Positions 1 to 11,589 are shown, counted from the stretch's first letter. The stretch: DNA of 64,000 nucleotides from Phyllobates terribilis (GCF_046119375.1 NW_027362767.1:257548001-257612000), one strand, 5' to 3'. Notes: generated by a model not told the origin, from the sequence alone. Made by a program: numbers and translations.

Positions 1-774
1 AGAATTGCAGTTACTTTCTTTAACCGGATCTTCTGGATAGTTCTTGATAGTAGTAGGATCGGAGGAAACACATAAACCAGATTGAAATGCCAGGGATGAG
101 CTAATGCATCCAGTTCCATGGCATTGTCTCTTCTGTCCAGAGAAAAGAAGAGAGGAACCTTTGCGTTCATCCGACTGGCAAACAGGTCCACCTCGGGAAG
201 GCCCCACTTTGCTACTACTGACTGGAACACCTGATGATTTAAGGCTCCATTCTCCTGGCTGGATGTCCTTTCTGCTTAGAAAGTTTGCCTGAGTATTGTT
301 TGAGCCCTTCAGGTGAGTTGCTGAAAGCGATAGGAGATGTCGTTCTCCCCAAGAAAATATTCGACCTGCGACTTGTTTTAGACTGTCTACCTTCGTGCCT
401 CCCTGATGACGAAGGAAGGCGACTGGAGTCACATTGTCCGAGAGCACTTTGATGTGAGACCCTCGGACCAAGTTGGCTGCGGCTCTGAGTGTTTCGTCTA
501 CTGCCTTCAACTCCCTGAAGTTGGAGGATTTGACACTTGTCTCGTGGCTCCATCTGCCTTGAAACGGAGTCTGGGCCACCATGGCCCCCTTAACCTCGTA
601 TGCTGGTGTCGGTAGTAACTGTAATTAGAGGGTCTTGGGTCCAAGAGATCCCCTTCCGAAGATTCCTGGAGTTTTAGCTACCAAGCAAGAGAAGCTCTCA
701 CCCGACCGGGGGTTCTGGTCCGTTTGTTTAACGAGTCCCTCTGTTCCAGGATATGATCCTGGAGGAATCTTGAG
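1..774 (-). mobile_element. DIRS1 retrotransposon, 3' part of pol (RNase H plus DNA N6-adenine-methyltransferase-like domain), degraded; continues beyond window start
   Basis: Manual minus-strand translation gives TTDTSIRG*GA...QGRWS, SDNVTPVAFLRHQGGT and HLKGSNNTQANFLSR (DIRS RNase H motifs), then VDLFAS and DALAHPWHFNLVYVFPP (DIRS MT-like domain). Contains stops and frameshifts. Joins the RT ORF in frame once 775-6338 is removed (HSR|FLQDHIL). Confidence 0.85.
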
Positions 775-3700
775 TAGAGATGAGCGGTGTTCGACTAGAA
801 CTGTTCGCCAATCTCAAATTCGAGCTGTTTTGGGCGGTGTTCGAGTTGTTCGACGAACCCGAACGATTTGCAAAAAATTCGGCTGTTCGAGGTTATGTTC
901 GATAACTGTTCGTGCACCAAAAGCGTGTCCTGCATGTCTGGCGCTATTTAGAGGGATTGTCTGCCACTCACTGTAATGCCACAGCCATGGTGGTTGTGGC
1001 ATTACAGTGATTGCCCAAATCGATGGGAACAGTGCCAACAGTGAAACATGAAAAGCCGGCAATTCAGCAGCGGCATACACCTGTACCCGACAATTTAGAA
1101 CCGAAAGAATAGAGCTTCACACATAGATTAGATAGATATAAACATGTCAGCCACATATATACGAAGTACAGTGAAAGTGCTGCTTACTGTACTTGTCATT
1201 TAGCGTAAAGGATTTATCAAAAAAAATAATAGTGTTTTCATGCACCGTCTCTTTAAAAAAGCCGGCCGGCAATTCAGCAGCGGTACCCGACAATTTATAA
1301 CAGACAGAATAGAGCTTCACACATAGATTAGATAGATAGAAACATGTCAGCCACATATATACGAAGTACAGTGACAGTGTTGCTTACTGTACTTGTCATT
1401 TAGCGTAAAGGATTTATCAAAAAAAATAATAGTGTTTTCATGCACCGTCTCTTTAAAAAAGCCGGCCGGCAATTCAGCATCTGTACCCGACAATTTATAA
1501 CAGACAGAATAGAGCTTCACACATAGATTAGATAGATAGAAACATGTCAGTCACATATATAAGAAGTACAGTGATAGTGTTGGTTACTGTACTTGTCATT
1601 TAGTATTAAAATAAAGGATTTATTATTAAAAAAATTGGCGTGGGGTTCCCCTTAATTTTAGGCTCTAGCGGAGGTTAAGCAGACGGCTGGGGCAGATGTT
1701 TGAGACCTGGGAAGGGGGTAATACCCACGGAGCTTCCCAGGCTACTAATATCAGCCCCCAGCTGAATACATAGCCTTTACTAGCTATTAAAATGGGGGAC
1801 CCCCCAAAAAAAATGACGTGGGGTCCCCCCTAATTTAATAGCTAGCAAAGGCTAGGCAGACAGCTGGGGGCTGATATTAATAGCCCAGGAAGGGAGCCAT
1901 GAATATTGGTCCCCTCCCAGGCTAGAAACACCAGCCGTCAGCCGCCCCAGAAATGGCGCATTCATAGGATGCGCCAATTCTGGCACTTAGCCTCACTCTT
2001 CCACGCTGCCCTGGTGCGGTGGCAGGGGGTAATAGGGTTGGGGTTGATGTCAGCTTATAATGCCAGCTGACATCAAGCCCAGGTTAGTAATGGAGAGGCG
2101 TCTATAAGACACCCCCATTACTAACCCCATAGTCAAAGTTAAAAAAAACACAAACACCCAGAATAAAGTCCTTTAATTGAAATAAAGACACAATCCTTTA
2201 TTGTTCTAAATTAAACCATACTTACCATCACGCCCATTCCAGCTGAAGCCAACGATCTCCTGCAATAAAAGAAAAATAATAAAGCAACCTCATCCTTACC
2301 TTTCCATGGTTCCCACGACAGCTTCAGCTCTGCTACATCGAGATGACAGGCTGGACCGCAGCAGAACGCTGCCATCCAGCCTCTCATCCCGCAGACACTG
2401 AGAAGCGCAGGCATGCTTGCGCTGCTCAGCGTCTCTCTGTGACGACATCCAGATGAGCCGAGTTCATGTCCAATGAACTCGGCTCACCTCATGCACGTCA
2501 CTGACAGCGTGGGAAAATTCTCACGCTGAAGCGGTGAGTGCAGGAGAATTCTCCCACGCTGTCAGTGACGTGCATAAGGTGAGCTCATGTCCAATGAACT
2601 CAGCTCACCTCCTGCACGTCACTGACAGCGTGGGAGAATTCTCCTGCACTCAGCGCTTCAGTGTGAGAATTCTCCCACGCTGAAGCGCTGAGTGCAGGAG
2701 AATTTTCCCACGCTGTCAGTGACGTGCATGAGGTGAGCCGAGTTCATTGGACATTAACTCGGCTCATCTGGATGCCCTCACAGAGAGACACTGTGGAGCG
2801 CAAGCAAGCCTGCGCTTCTCAGTGTCTGCGGGATGACAGGCTGGATGGCAGCGTTCTGCTGCGGTCCAGCCTGTCATCTCGATGTAGCAGAGCTGAAGCT
2901 GTCATGGGAACCATGGAAAGGTAAGGATGATGTTGCTTTATTATTTTTCTTTTATTTCAGGAGATCGTTGGCTTCAGCTGGAATGGGCGTGATGGTAAGT
3001 ATGGTTTAATTTAGAACAATAAAGAATTGTGTGTTTATTTCAATTAAAGGACTTTTTTCTGGGTGTTGTGTTTTTTTTAAATACTTTACTAGAAATTCAT
3101 GGTGGTCATGTCTAATATTGGCGTGACCCCATGAATTTCGGGCTTAGGGCCAGCTGATAATGCCAAGCTGGCCCTAACCCCTTTATTACCCAGTGAGCCA
3201 CCGCATCAGGGCCCTGGATGAGTTGGGTACAGCGCCAGAAGATGGCGCTTCTATGAACGCGCCATTTTCCGGGGTGGCTGCGGACTGCAATTTGCAGCGG
3301 GTGGGGCCCAGAAAGCTTGGGCCTCCCTGCGCTGCGGATTCCAGCCCCCAGCTGCCTAGTTGTACCTGGCTGGACACAAAAACAGGGCGAAGCCCCACGT
3401 CAATTTTCTTTAAATTATTTCATGAAATAATTAAGAAAAAAAGGGCTTCCCTATATTGTTGTGTCCGGCCAGGTACAAATAGGCAGCTGGTGGATGGGGG
3501 CAGCGCGTTCCTGCCTGCTGCACCTGACTGGACACAAATATAGTGCGAAGCCCCACGTCAATTTTTTTTTAAATTATTTCATGAATTTCCTGAAATAATT
3601 TAAAAAAATTGAAGTGGGGCTTCGCACTATATTTGTGTCCAGCCATTTACAGCAGGCAGGAACGGGCTGCCCCCATCCACCAGCTGCCTATTTGTACCTG

Positions 3701-6330
3701 GCCGGACACAACAATATAGGGAAGGCCTTTTTTTCTTAATTATTTCATGAATTTCATGAAATAATTAAAAAAAAAGTACGTGGGGCTTCGCCCTATTTTT
3801 GTGTCCAGCCAGGTACAACTAGGCAGCTGGGGGCTGGAATCTGCAGCGCAGGGAGGCCCAAGCTTTCTGGGCCCCCCCCCCGCTGCAAATTGCAGTCCGC
3901 AGCCACCCCGGAAAATGGCGCGTTCATAGAAGCGCCATCTTCTGGCGCTGTACCCAACTCATCCAGGGCCCTGGTGCGGTGGCTCACTGGGTAATAAAGG
4001 GGTTAGGGCCAGCTTGGTATTATCAGCTGGCCCCAAGCCCAAAATTCATGGGCTCACGCCAGTATTAGACATGACCGCCATGAATTTCTAGTAAAGTATT
4101 TAAAAAAAACACAACACCCAGAAAAAAGTCCTTTAATTGAAATAAAGACACAATTCTTTATTGTTCTAAATTAAACCATACTTACCATCACACCCATTCC
4201 AGCTGAAGCCAACGATCTCCTGCAATAAAAGAAAAATAATAAACCAACCTCATCCTTACCTTTCCATGGTTCCCACGACAGCTTCAGCTCTGCTACATCG
4301 AGATGACTGGCTGGACCGCAGCAGAACGCTGCCATCCAGTCTGTCATCCCACAGACACTGAGAAGCGCAGGCATGCTTGCGCTCCTCACTGTCTCGCTGT
4401 GACGGCATCCAGATGAGCCGAGGTCATGTCCAATGAACTCGGCTCACCTCATGCACGTCACTGACAGCGTGGGAAAATTCTCACGCTGAAGTGCTGAGTG
4501 CAGGAGAATTCTCCCACGCTGTCAGTGATGTGCATGAGGTGAGCTCATGTCCAATGAACTCAGCTCACCTCCTGCACGTCACTGACAGCGTGGGAAAATT
4601 CTCCTGCAATCAGCGCTTCAGCGTGAGAATTTTCCCACGCTGTCAGTGACGTGCATGAGGTGAGCCGAGTTCATTGGACATGAACTCGGCTCATCTGGAT
4701 GTCGTCACAGAGAGACGCTGAGCAGCGCAAGCAAGCCTGCGCTTCTCAGTGTCTGCGGGATGAGAGGCTGGATGGCAGCGTTCTGCTGCGGTCCAGCCTG
4801 TCATCTCGATGTAGCAGAGCTGAAGCTGTCGTGGGAACCATGGAAAGGTAAGGATGAGGTTGCTTTATTATTTTTCTTTTATTGCAGGAGATCGTTGGCT
4901 TCAGCTGGAATGGGCGTGATGGTAAGTATGGTTTAATTTAGAACAATAAAGGATTGTGTCTTTATTTCAATTAAAGGACTTTATTCTGGGTGTTTGTGTT
5001 TTTTTTAACTTTGACTATGGGGTTAGTAATGGGGGTGTCTTATAGACGCCTCTCCATTACTAACCTGGGCTTGATGTCAGCTGGCATTATAAGCTGACAT
5101 CAACCCCAACCCTATTACCCCCTGCCACCGCACCAGGGCAGCGTGGAAGAGCGAGGCTAAGTGCCAGAATTGGCGCATCCTATGGATGCGCCATTTCTGG
5201 GGCGGCTGACGGCTGGTGTTTCTAGCCTGGGAGGGGGCCAATATTCATGGCTCCCTTCCTGGGCTATTAATATCAGCCCCCAGCTGTCTGCCTAGCCTTT
5301 GCTAGCTATTAAATTAGGGGGGACCCCACGTCATTTTTTTTGGGGGGTCCCCCATTTTAATAGCTAGTAAAGGCTATGTATTCAGCTGGGGGCTGATATT
5401 AGTAGCCTGGGAAGCTCCGTGGGTATTACCCCCTTCCCAGGCTTCAAACATCTGCCCCAGCCGTCTGCTTAACCTCCGCTAGAGCCTAAAATTAAGGGGA
5501 ACCCCACGCCAATTTTTTTTAATAATAAATCCTTTATTTTAATACTAAATGACAAGTACAGTAACCAACACTATCACTGTACTTCATATATATGTGACTG
5601 ACATGTTTCTATCTATCTAATCTATGTGTGATGCTCTATCTTTCTGTTCTAAATTGTCGGGTACCGCTGCTGAATTGCCGGCCGGCTTTTTTAAAGAGAC
5701 AGTGCATGAAAACACTATTATTTTTTTAAATAAATCCTTTACACTAAATGACAAGTATAGTAAGCAACACTATCACTGTACTTATTATATATGTGACTGA
5801 CATGTTTCTATCTATCTAATCTATGTGTGAAGCTCTATTCTTTCTGTTCTAAATTGTCGGGTACAGATGCTGAATTGCCGGCCGGCTTTTTTAAAGAGAC
5901 GGTGCATGAAAACACTAATATTTTTTTTAATAAATCCTTTACACTAAATGACAAGTGCAGTAACCAACACTGTCACTGTGCTTCTTATATGTGTGACTGA
6001 CATGTTTCTATCTATCTAATCTATGTGTGATGCTCTATTCCTTCTTGTCTAAATTGTCGGGTACCGGTGTATGCCGCTGCTGAATTTGCCGGCCGGCTTT
6101 TTTAAAGAGAGTGTCTTCTGAGCAGTTTGTCAGCTTTTGGACACCTTTGCAGGTGTTTTCTATGTGTTTCTATGTGTTTTTGTTTGCCTGCCATTGGTTT
6201 TAACGGTGTTCGACGGTGTTCTAAGGTGTTCGACGAACAGTTCGACGAACAGTTCCTCGAACATCCCGGTGTTCGAGGAACCGAACCGAACCCGAACACT
6301 ACGGGGGTGGCTCAACACTACTCAACACTA
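775..6330. mobile_element. Non-autonomous hAT DNA transposon, 5.56 kb, almost entirely palindromic, inserted in the DIRS RT gene
   Basis: Exact 8-bp TSD ATCTTGAG at 767-774 and 6331-6338. Imperfect TIRs TAGAGATGAGC / GCTCAACACTA, with a 10-bp CTCAACACTA duplication at the right end. Subterminal GTTCGA/TCGAAC motif arrays. Long internal inverted arms centred near 3586. No transposase ORF. Confidence 0.88.
1050..1620. repeat. About 3 tandem copies of a ~200-bp unit inside the hAT left arm (mirrored at ~5520-6100)
   Basis: GCCGGCAATTCAGCA...TACCCGACAATTTA...CACATAGATTAGATAGAT recurs at ~1057, ~1267 and ~1466; reverse-complement copies lie in 5520-6100. Confidence 0.85.
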
Positions 6331-7279
6331 ATCTTGAGTGGGCCTGGGCCCATGGTACCGACTGGATACATGCTGTCATTGTCCCCAACAAGGACATTGC
6401 CGTTCTCACTGTTGGGTTCTCCCGGTGTCTGAAATTTGAGACCTTGTTTCTTAGGGCTATTTGATGTTCCAATGGAAGAAAAGAGGTTTGTTTGATGGAG
6501 TCTAGCATGACACCCAGGAATTTTCTCCTTGATGAAGGAAGGAGTTCCGATTTTTTGAGGTTTATAATCAAGCCTAGCGAGCGGAGAGTGTCCAAGGTCA
6601 CGGATACATGAAGATTGAGGGTCTCCACTGAAGGGGCGATGATGAACATGTCGTCCAGGTATGGGATTATACAGACACCCTGCTTTTGTATGAGCGTGAT
6701 TACTTCTGCCATAATCTTTGTAAACACTCTGGGTGCTGAGGAGATGCCAAATGGTAGTACATTGTACTGGTAGTGATTTATTATATTGTCCCGGGAGATT
6801 GCGAAGCGCAGGAACTTCCTGTGTAACGGATGGATCGGTACATGGTAGTATGCATCCTTCAAATCTATTGTTGCCATCACATAATTTTTTCCTATTAATG
6901 GGATAATTGATCTTATGGATTCCATCTTGAATCTCCTGTACATGTATTTGATATGATGGTTCAGGGACTTTAAATTGATTATGATGCGTGGGGAACCCGA
7001 AGGTTTCCGTATTAGGAACAGCTTTGAGTAATGACCCGACCCCTCCCAGCCGGGGGGAACTGGAGATATTACTCCGGAGTATAGAAGGTTCTGTAGACCA
7101 ACTGATAATAGATCCTGAGCTCCCCAGGACGGAAGGGTAGTAACCCTCAGGACTTGAGAGGGACGTGTATCAAATTCCAACATGAGACCCTCCTTGATGG
7201 TATCGAGGATCCACTGGCAGGATGATATTGCCTGCCACTGAGGGAAGAAATCCGAGAGATGACCCCCGACACGGATCAC
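6331..7279 (-). pseudogene. DIRS1 reverse transcriptase ORF, interrupted by the hAT insertion
   Basis: ORF 6299-7279 carries RT motifs: RIIINLKSLN, FKMESI, ATIDLKDAYYHVPIHP, YNVLPFGISSAPRVFTK, IPYLDDMFI, KFLG. The last ~10 aa of the ORF come from the hAT end. Confidence 0.93.
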
Positions 7280-7921
7280 GTCATTGTTTCTCCTGCTGCT
7301 GGTGCTGTTGTTGGGGCACCAGGATGTTGCGTCCTTTGCCTCCTTTGGGATAGCCCCAGCGCCCAGATTTTCCCTTCCCTTTATATTGGGAAGGAGGATT
7401 CTGAGATAGTCGAAAGGAACGTTTCCTAGCTTGTTTTTTCTCAGGAAGGATTTTCTTCCTATCCGAGGCCTTTTCTAGGATATCATCCAGGTCTGGTCCA
7501 AACACATATTTTCCTTGAAAGGGGATGGAGCAGAGCTTCACCTTTGGAGGTAACATCCCCACTCCATGTTTTAAACCACAGAGCGCGGCGAGCGGTATTG
7601 GATAGAACTGCAGCTCTAGCCGCAATCCGGACTGACTCAGCCGAGGCATCCGCCAAGAAGCCTGTGGCTTTTTGAAGGAGGGGAATGGAGTCTAGTAGAT
7701 CTTCTCTAGATGTGCCTCGTGACAGATGGTCTTCTAGTTGGGCCAGCCACTTGAAAAGGGATCTGGCAACACAGGTTGACGAGATGTTGACCTTAAGGGA
7801 TGCGGAGGAAGTTTCCCAAGATTTTTTGAGGACATTTTCAATCTTCCGATCTAAGGGGTCCTTTAATTGGGAGGAGTCCTCAAAGGGGAGAGAGGTTTTT
7901 CACCACCCTTGCCACCTGGAT

Positions 7922-8787
7922 AAAAAATAAAATAAATTCAGCTCACCTGGTTCTCACATGCTCCTGGTGCAGGGAAGCCTAGTAACGTGTGGTCTCACGT
8001 AGAAACAGTATAAATGTAAGAAAAAACTGGCTTCTAGGAAAAAATTTCCAAAATTTTTTTTTTATTTTTTTTTTATTGATAGAAAAATAGTTCAGATCAG
8101 TTCAGGTAATAAGATAAAAATTCAATGGATAAATCACATCATAGGATCCAGCTACGCGTTTCGAGCATGACACTATGCTCTTTGTCAAAGCTTTGACAAA
8201 GAGCATAGTGTCATGCTCGAAACGCATAGCTGGATCCTATAATGTGATTTATCCATTGAATTTTTATCTTATTACCTGAACTGATCTGAACTATTTTTCT
8301 ATCAATAAAAAAAAAAATAAAAAAAAAATTTTGGAAATTTTTTCCTAGAAGCCAGTTTTTTCTTACATTTATACTGTTTCTACGTGAGACCACACGTTAC
8401 TAGGCTTCCCTGCACCAGGAGCATGTGAGAACCAGGTGAGCTGAATTTATTTTATTTTTTATCCAGGTGGCAAGGGTGGTGAAAAACCTCTCTCCCCTTT
8501 GAGGACTCCTCCCAATTAAAGGACCCCTTAGATCGGAAGATTGAAAATGTCCTCAAAAAATCTTGGGAAACTTCCTCCGCATCCCTTAAGGTCAACATCT
8601 CGTCAACCTGTGTTGCCAGATCCCTTTTCAAGTGGCTGGCCCAACTAGAAGACCATCTGTCACGAGGCACATCTATCACGAGGCATATCTTATTACCTGA
8701 ACTGATCTGAACTATTTTTCTATCAATAAAAAAAAAAAATGTTGGAATTTTTTTCCTGGAAGCCAGTTTTTTCTTACATTTATACTG
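7922..8787. mobile_element. Penelope-like element pseudo-LTR fragments in inverted arrangement, inserted in DIRS gag
   Basis: AT-rich insert flanked by a 13-bp direct repeat TTGCCACCTGGAT (7909-7921, 8788-8800). Two head-to-head copies meet at AAGCTT (8188-8193), each with TTGACAAAG...CGAAACGCG/A. A third partial copy lies at 8686-8787. Inverted pLTRs and GAAACGCGT hammerhead-like motifs are characteristic of PLEs. Confidence 0.65.
8151..8230. ncRNA. Two divergent minimal hammerhead-ribozyme-like motifs (minus 8151-8190; plus 8191-8230)
   Basis: UUGACAA core (U3-A8 variant of CUGANGA), 6-bp stem II GAGCAU/AUGCUC with a 6-nt loop, GAAA, and palindromic ACGCGU stem III (intact in the minus copy, ACGCAU in the plus copy). 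Stem I pairing is not clean. Confidence 0.5.
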
Positions 8788-9628
8788 TTGCCACCTGGAT
8801 GTCTGCTTTAGGACTGTCCCATGTAAACTCATCACCTTCCAGCGGAAATCTATGTTTTAATTCCGAGGGGGTGGAGAGACTGCTTTCTGGGGCTTCCCAT
8901 TCCTGTTTAATGAGATCTCTAATGACCTCATTAATTGGGAATCCAGTCTGCTTTTTAGATTTAAGACCCCTAAACATCTCGTTTTGAACGGAATAGGGAA
9001 CTTCAACCTCCTCTATTCCCATAGTGCCCCTGACGGAGTCAATCAACTCTCCTAAATTGTCCAAGGAGAAATAATATCTTCCCGTCTCCATCTTTCTGGC
9101 AGAGCTTAATGATTCTCTGTCTTCAAGATCCTCAGAGTCGGAGCTACTGGCCTCTATGGAAAATACCTCCGAGTCAAACTCCTGAATCTTCCTCTTCTTA
9201 GGGAGAGAGGGCCTAGAGGAGGAGGAGTAGATGGGCAAGGCCCAAATGGAAGCCTGGACCTCCTGTCTGACAACCTGGACCTCTTGTCTAACAAAAGACC
9301 TAAGCTCCTCAATTAATGAGGGATTTTCTTCCTTGACTATTCTGTCCGTACAGGGTTGGCACAACTTCTTCCTATGGGATGAGTGCAGCTTTTTTGCGCA
9401 GATGCCACATCTACGGGGTTGGAGCTTATCCGTCTTAGGAGCGGGGGCCTTGTCTTCCTAAGCGAGAGGAAGAGAAGGGGTACCCATGTAACTAGATAGA
9501 GGGGAACTAGTGTCAAGTTAAAAGGAAGAGAGACTAGGTTAACCCCTTAGTGACCAACACTGGTACTACTTACTGTAGCCAGTGCTGGGCTCTGCAAATG
9601 CAGGGATGCTAGGTCTGTCACCCTCCAT

Positions 9629-10157
9629 GGTGGAGATAGCCTTACCTGGTGACATCTTCAGGTGGGTTTTTATAGGTAAAAACCGTGCCCCCAGCAAGGA
9701 ACCTCGGTTCCCTCCCCCTTCCGGTCACCTCCCGGTCTCTGTTGGCTCCGTGACGCGCTCAATACTCATGCGTTCCAGCGTGGAACGCAAAACGCCGGAA
9801 GTGACAAGGACCTGCGGTGACACCACTTCCTGCGTGCGCCCAGACCGCCGGAAGAAAGGGGGAGATACCGGAGAGCTGAAGCAGGCCTCCAGTATGAAGA
9901 TCCCCGGCCTGCTTTACCCTCTGTGGGGTGCAGGAAGACCGGGGCCGTCCCAAACGGGAGCAGCATGGAGGGAGGAGGCGCACCCCGACCGACCGCTGCC
10001 CGGCAAGTATACTTCTTTACCTAATGCCACCCTGCTGGCCGGACAGCACTGAAGGACCTCTCCATGCCCCAAGGGGGACAGGAAAACACTGGTGATTGAC
10101 GGTGGGGAGGGGCTTTTAACCTCTCTGTGTTCCAGTCCCCCAATAGGATGTGGACGA
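9629..10157 (-). mobile_element. DIRS1 5' UTR and probable 5' terminal repeat
   Basis: GC-rich leader upstream of gag. It ends where Tc1 sequence begins (~10158). The exact terminus is uncertain. Confidence 0.55.
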
Positions 10158-11462
10158 CATCCTCCAATGCTGTCGTGGAAGGCTTTTTGAGAAATATGGG
10201 TCGTTCAAGACATTGTTCAGCCGAACAGCGTACTTTGATTAAAAATTTGATTGGAGAAGGTAAAAGTTATAAAGAAGTGCAGACAATGATAGGCTGCTCA
10301 GCTAAAATGATCTCCAGTGCTTTAAAATGGAAAGCAAAATCAGAGAGATGTGGAAGAAAACAGAAGATTACCATTTGAATGGATCAAAGAATAGCCAGAA
10401 TGGCAAAGGCTCAGCCAACGATCAGCTCCAGGATGAGCAAAGACAGTCTCAAGTTACCTGTGAGGACTGTGACAGTTAGAAGACGCCTGTGTGAAGCTCA
10501 TCTCTTAGCAAGATGTCTCCCACAAAGTCGCACTGTTAAAAAACAGACATGTACTGAAGCGGATACAATTTGCCAAAGAACATATCAACTGTCCTAAAGA
10601 GAAATGGAGAAACATTTTGTGGACTGATGAAAGTAGAATTGTTCTTTTTGGTTCCAAGGGCCACAGACAGTTCGTCAGACGAGCCATAAACTATGCATTC
10701 AGCCACAGTACACTCTGAAGACAGTGAAGCATGGTGGTGCAAGCCTAATGATATGGCATGTTTTTCTTACTACGGTGTCGAACCTATTTACCGCATACCA
10801 GGGATCATGGACCAGTTTGTATATATTAAAATACTTGAAGAGGTCATGTTGCCTTACGCTGAAGAGGATATGCCCCTGAAATGGGTGTTTGAACAAGACA
10901 ACGACCCTAAACACACCAGTAAATGAGCAAAATCTTGGTTCCAGTCAAACAAAATTGAGGTTATGGAGTGACAAGCCCAATCCCAGGACCTTAATCCTAT
11001 AGAACACTTGTGGGGTGACATCAAAAATGCAGTTTCTGAGGCAAAGCCAACAAATGGCGACAAATTGTGGGACGTAGTCAAAGCATCCTGGGCTGGAATA
11101 ACAGGTGACAGGTGGCAGAAGTTGGCTGACTCTGTGCAACATAGATGTGAAGCAGTTCTAAAAAACTGTGGGTATACAACTAAATATTAGATTAGTGATT
11201 CACAGGAATATTAAATCCTCAAAAAAAGAGACATATTGTGAGTTTATAAAGACAAATGCAGACACTGCTATTTTTTAGAACAGCCCTATGTTCATGGTTT
11301 GTTATTTTCTGTAAAGTAGTTAAAAATTCTATACATTTCTCTTCATGTTTTGAATTAGAAAACAGTGTGCAATGTTCCCAATGCTGGAAATAAAAACTAG
11401 TATAAAGATTTTGTGCTTAGCTCATGTTTTTGAGCACACTGCTATTATTTTGAACACTACTG
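10158..11462 (+). mobile_element. Tc1/mariner element lacking its left TIR (transposase pseudogene ~10196-11190)
   Basis: [47 protein letters not shown] and SQDLNPIEHLW motifs across frameshifts. Right TIR ...TTTTGAACACTACTG followed by TA (11463-11464). Confidence 0.9.
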
Positions 11463-11589
11463 TACCGGAGTAGAAGCAATATATACTTATGTGAGCTATT
11501 TAGAGAGAGATTGTAGCTGCATCTCTAAAGGGTTAATATATCAGTCCAATTTCCATGGTAAGTATGGCGGCCATATCTGCTGCTATCAC

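Larger units (their letters stand above)
7281..9628 (-). pseudogene. DIRS1 ORF1 (gag-like), frameshifted, interrupted by a Penelope-like insertion; probable intron near the 5' end
   Basis: N-terminal CGIC...CQPC zinc-finger-like motif, acidic Ser-rich linker, then PKADIQVA|RVVK...DPLDRKIENVLKKSW...KLCSIPFQGKYVFGPDLDDIL, typical of vertebrate DIRS1 ORF1. It ends immediately before the RT ORF. Kozak ATG (CCACCATGG) at 9628. Confidence 0.8.
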
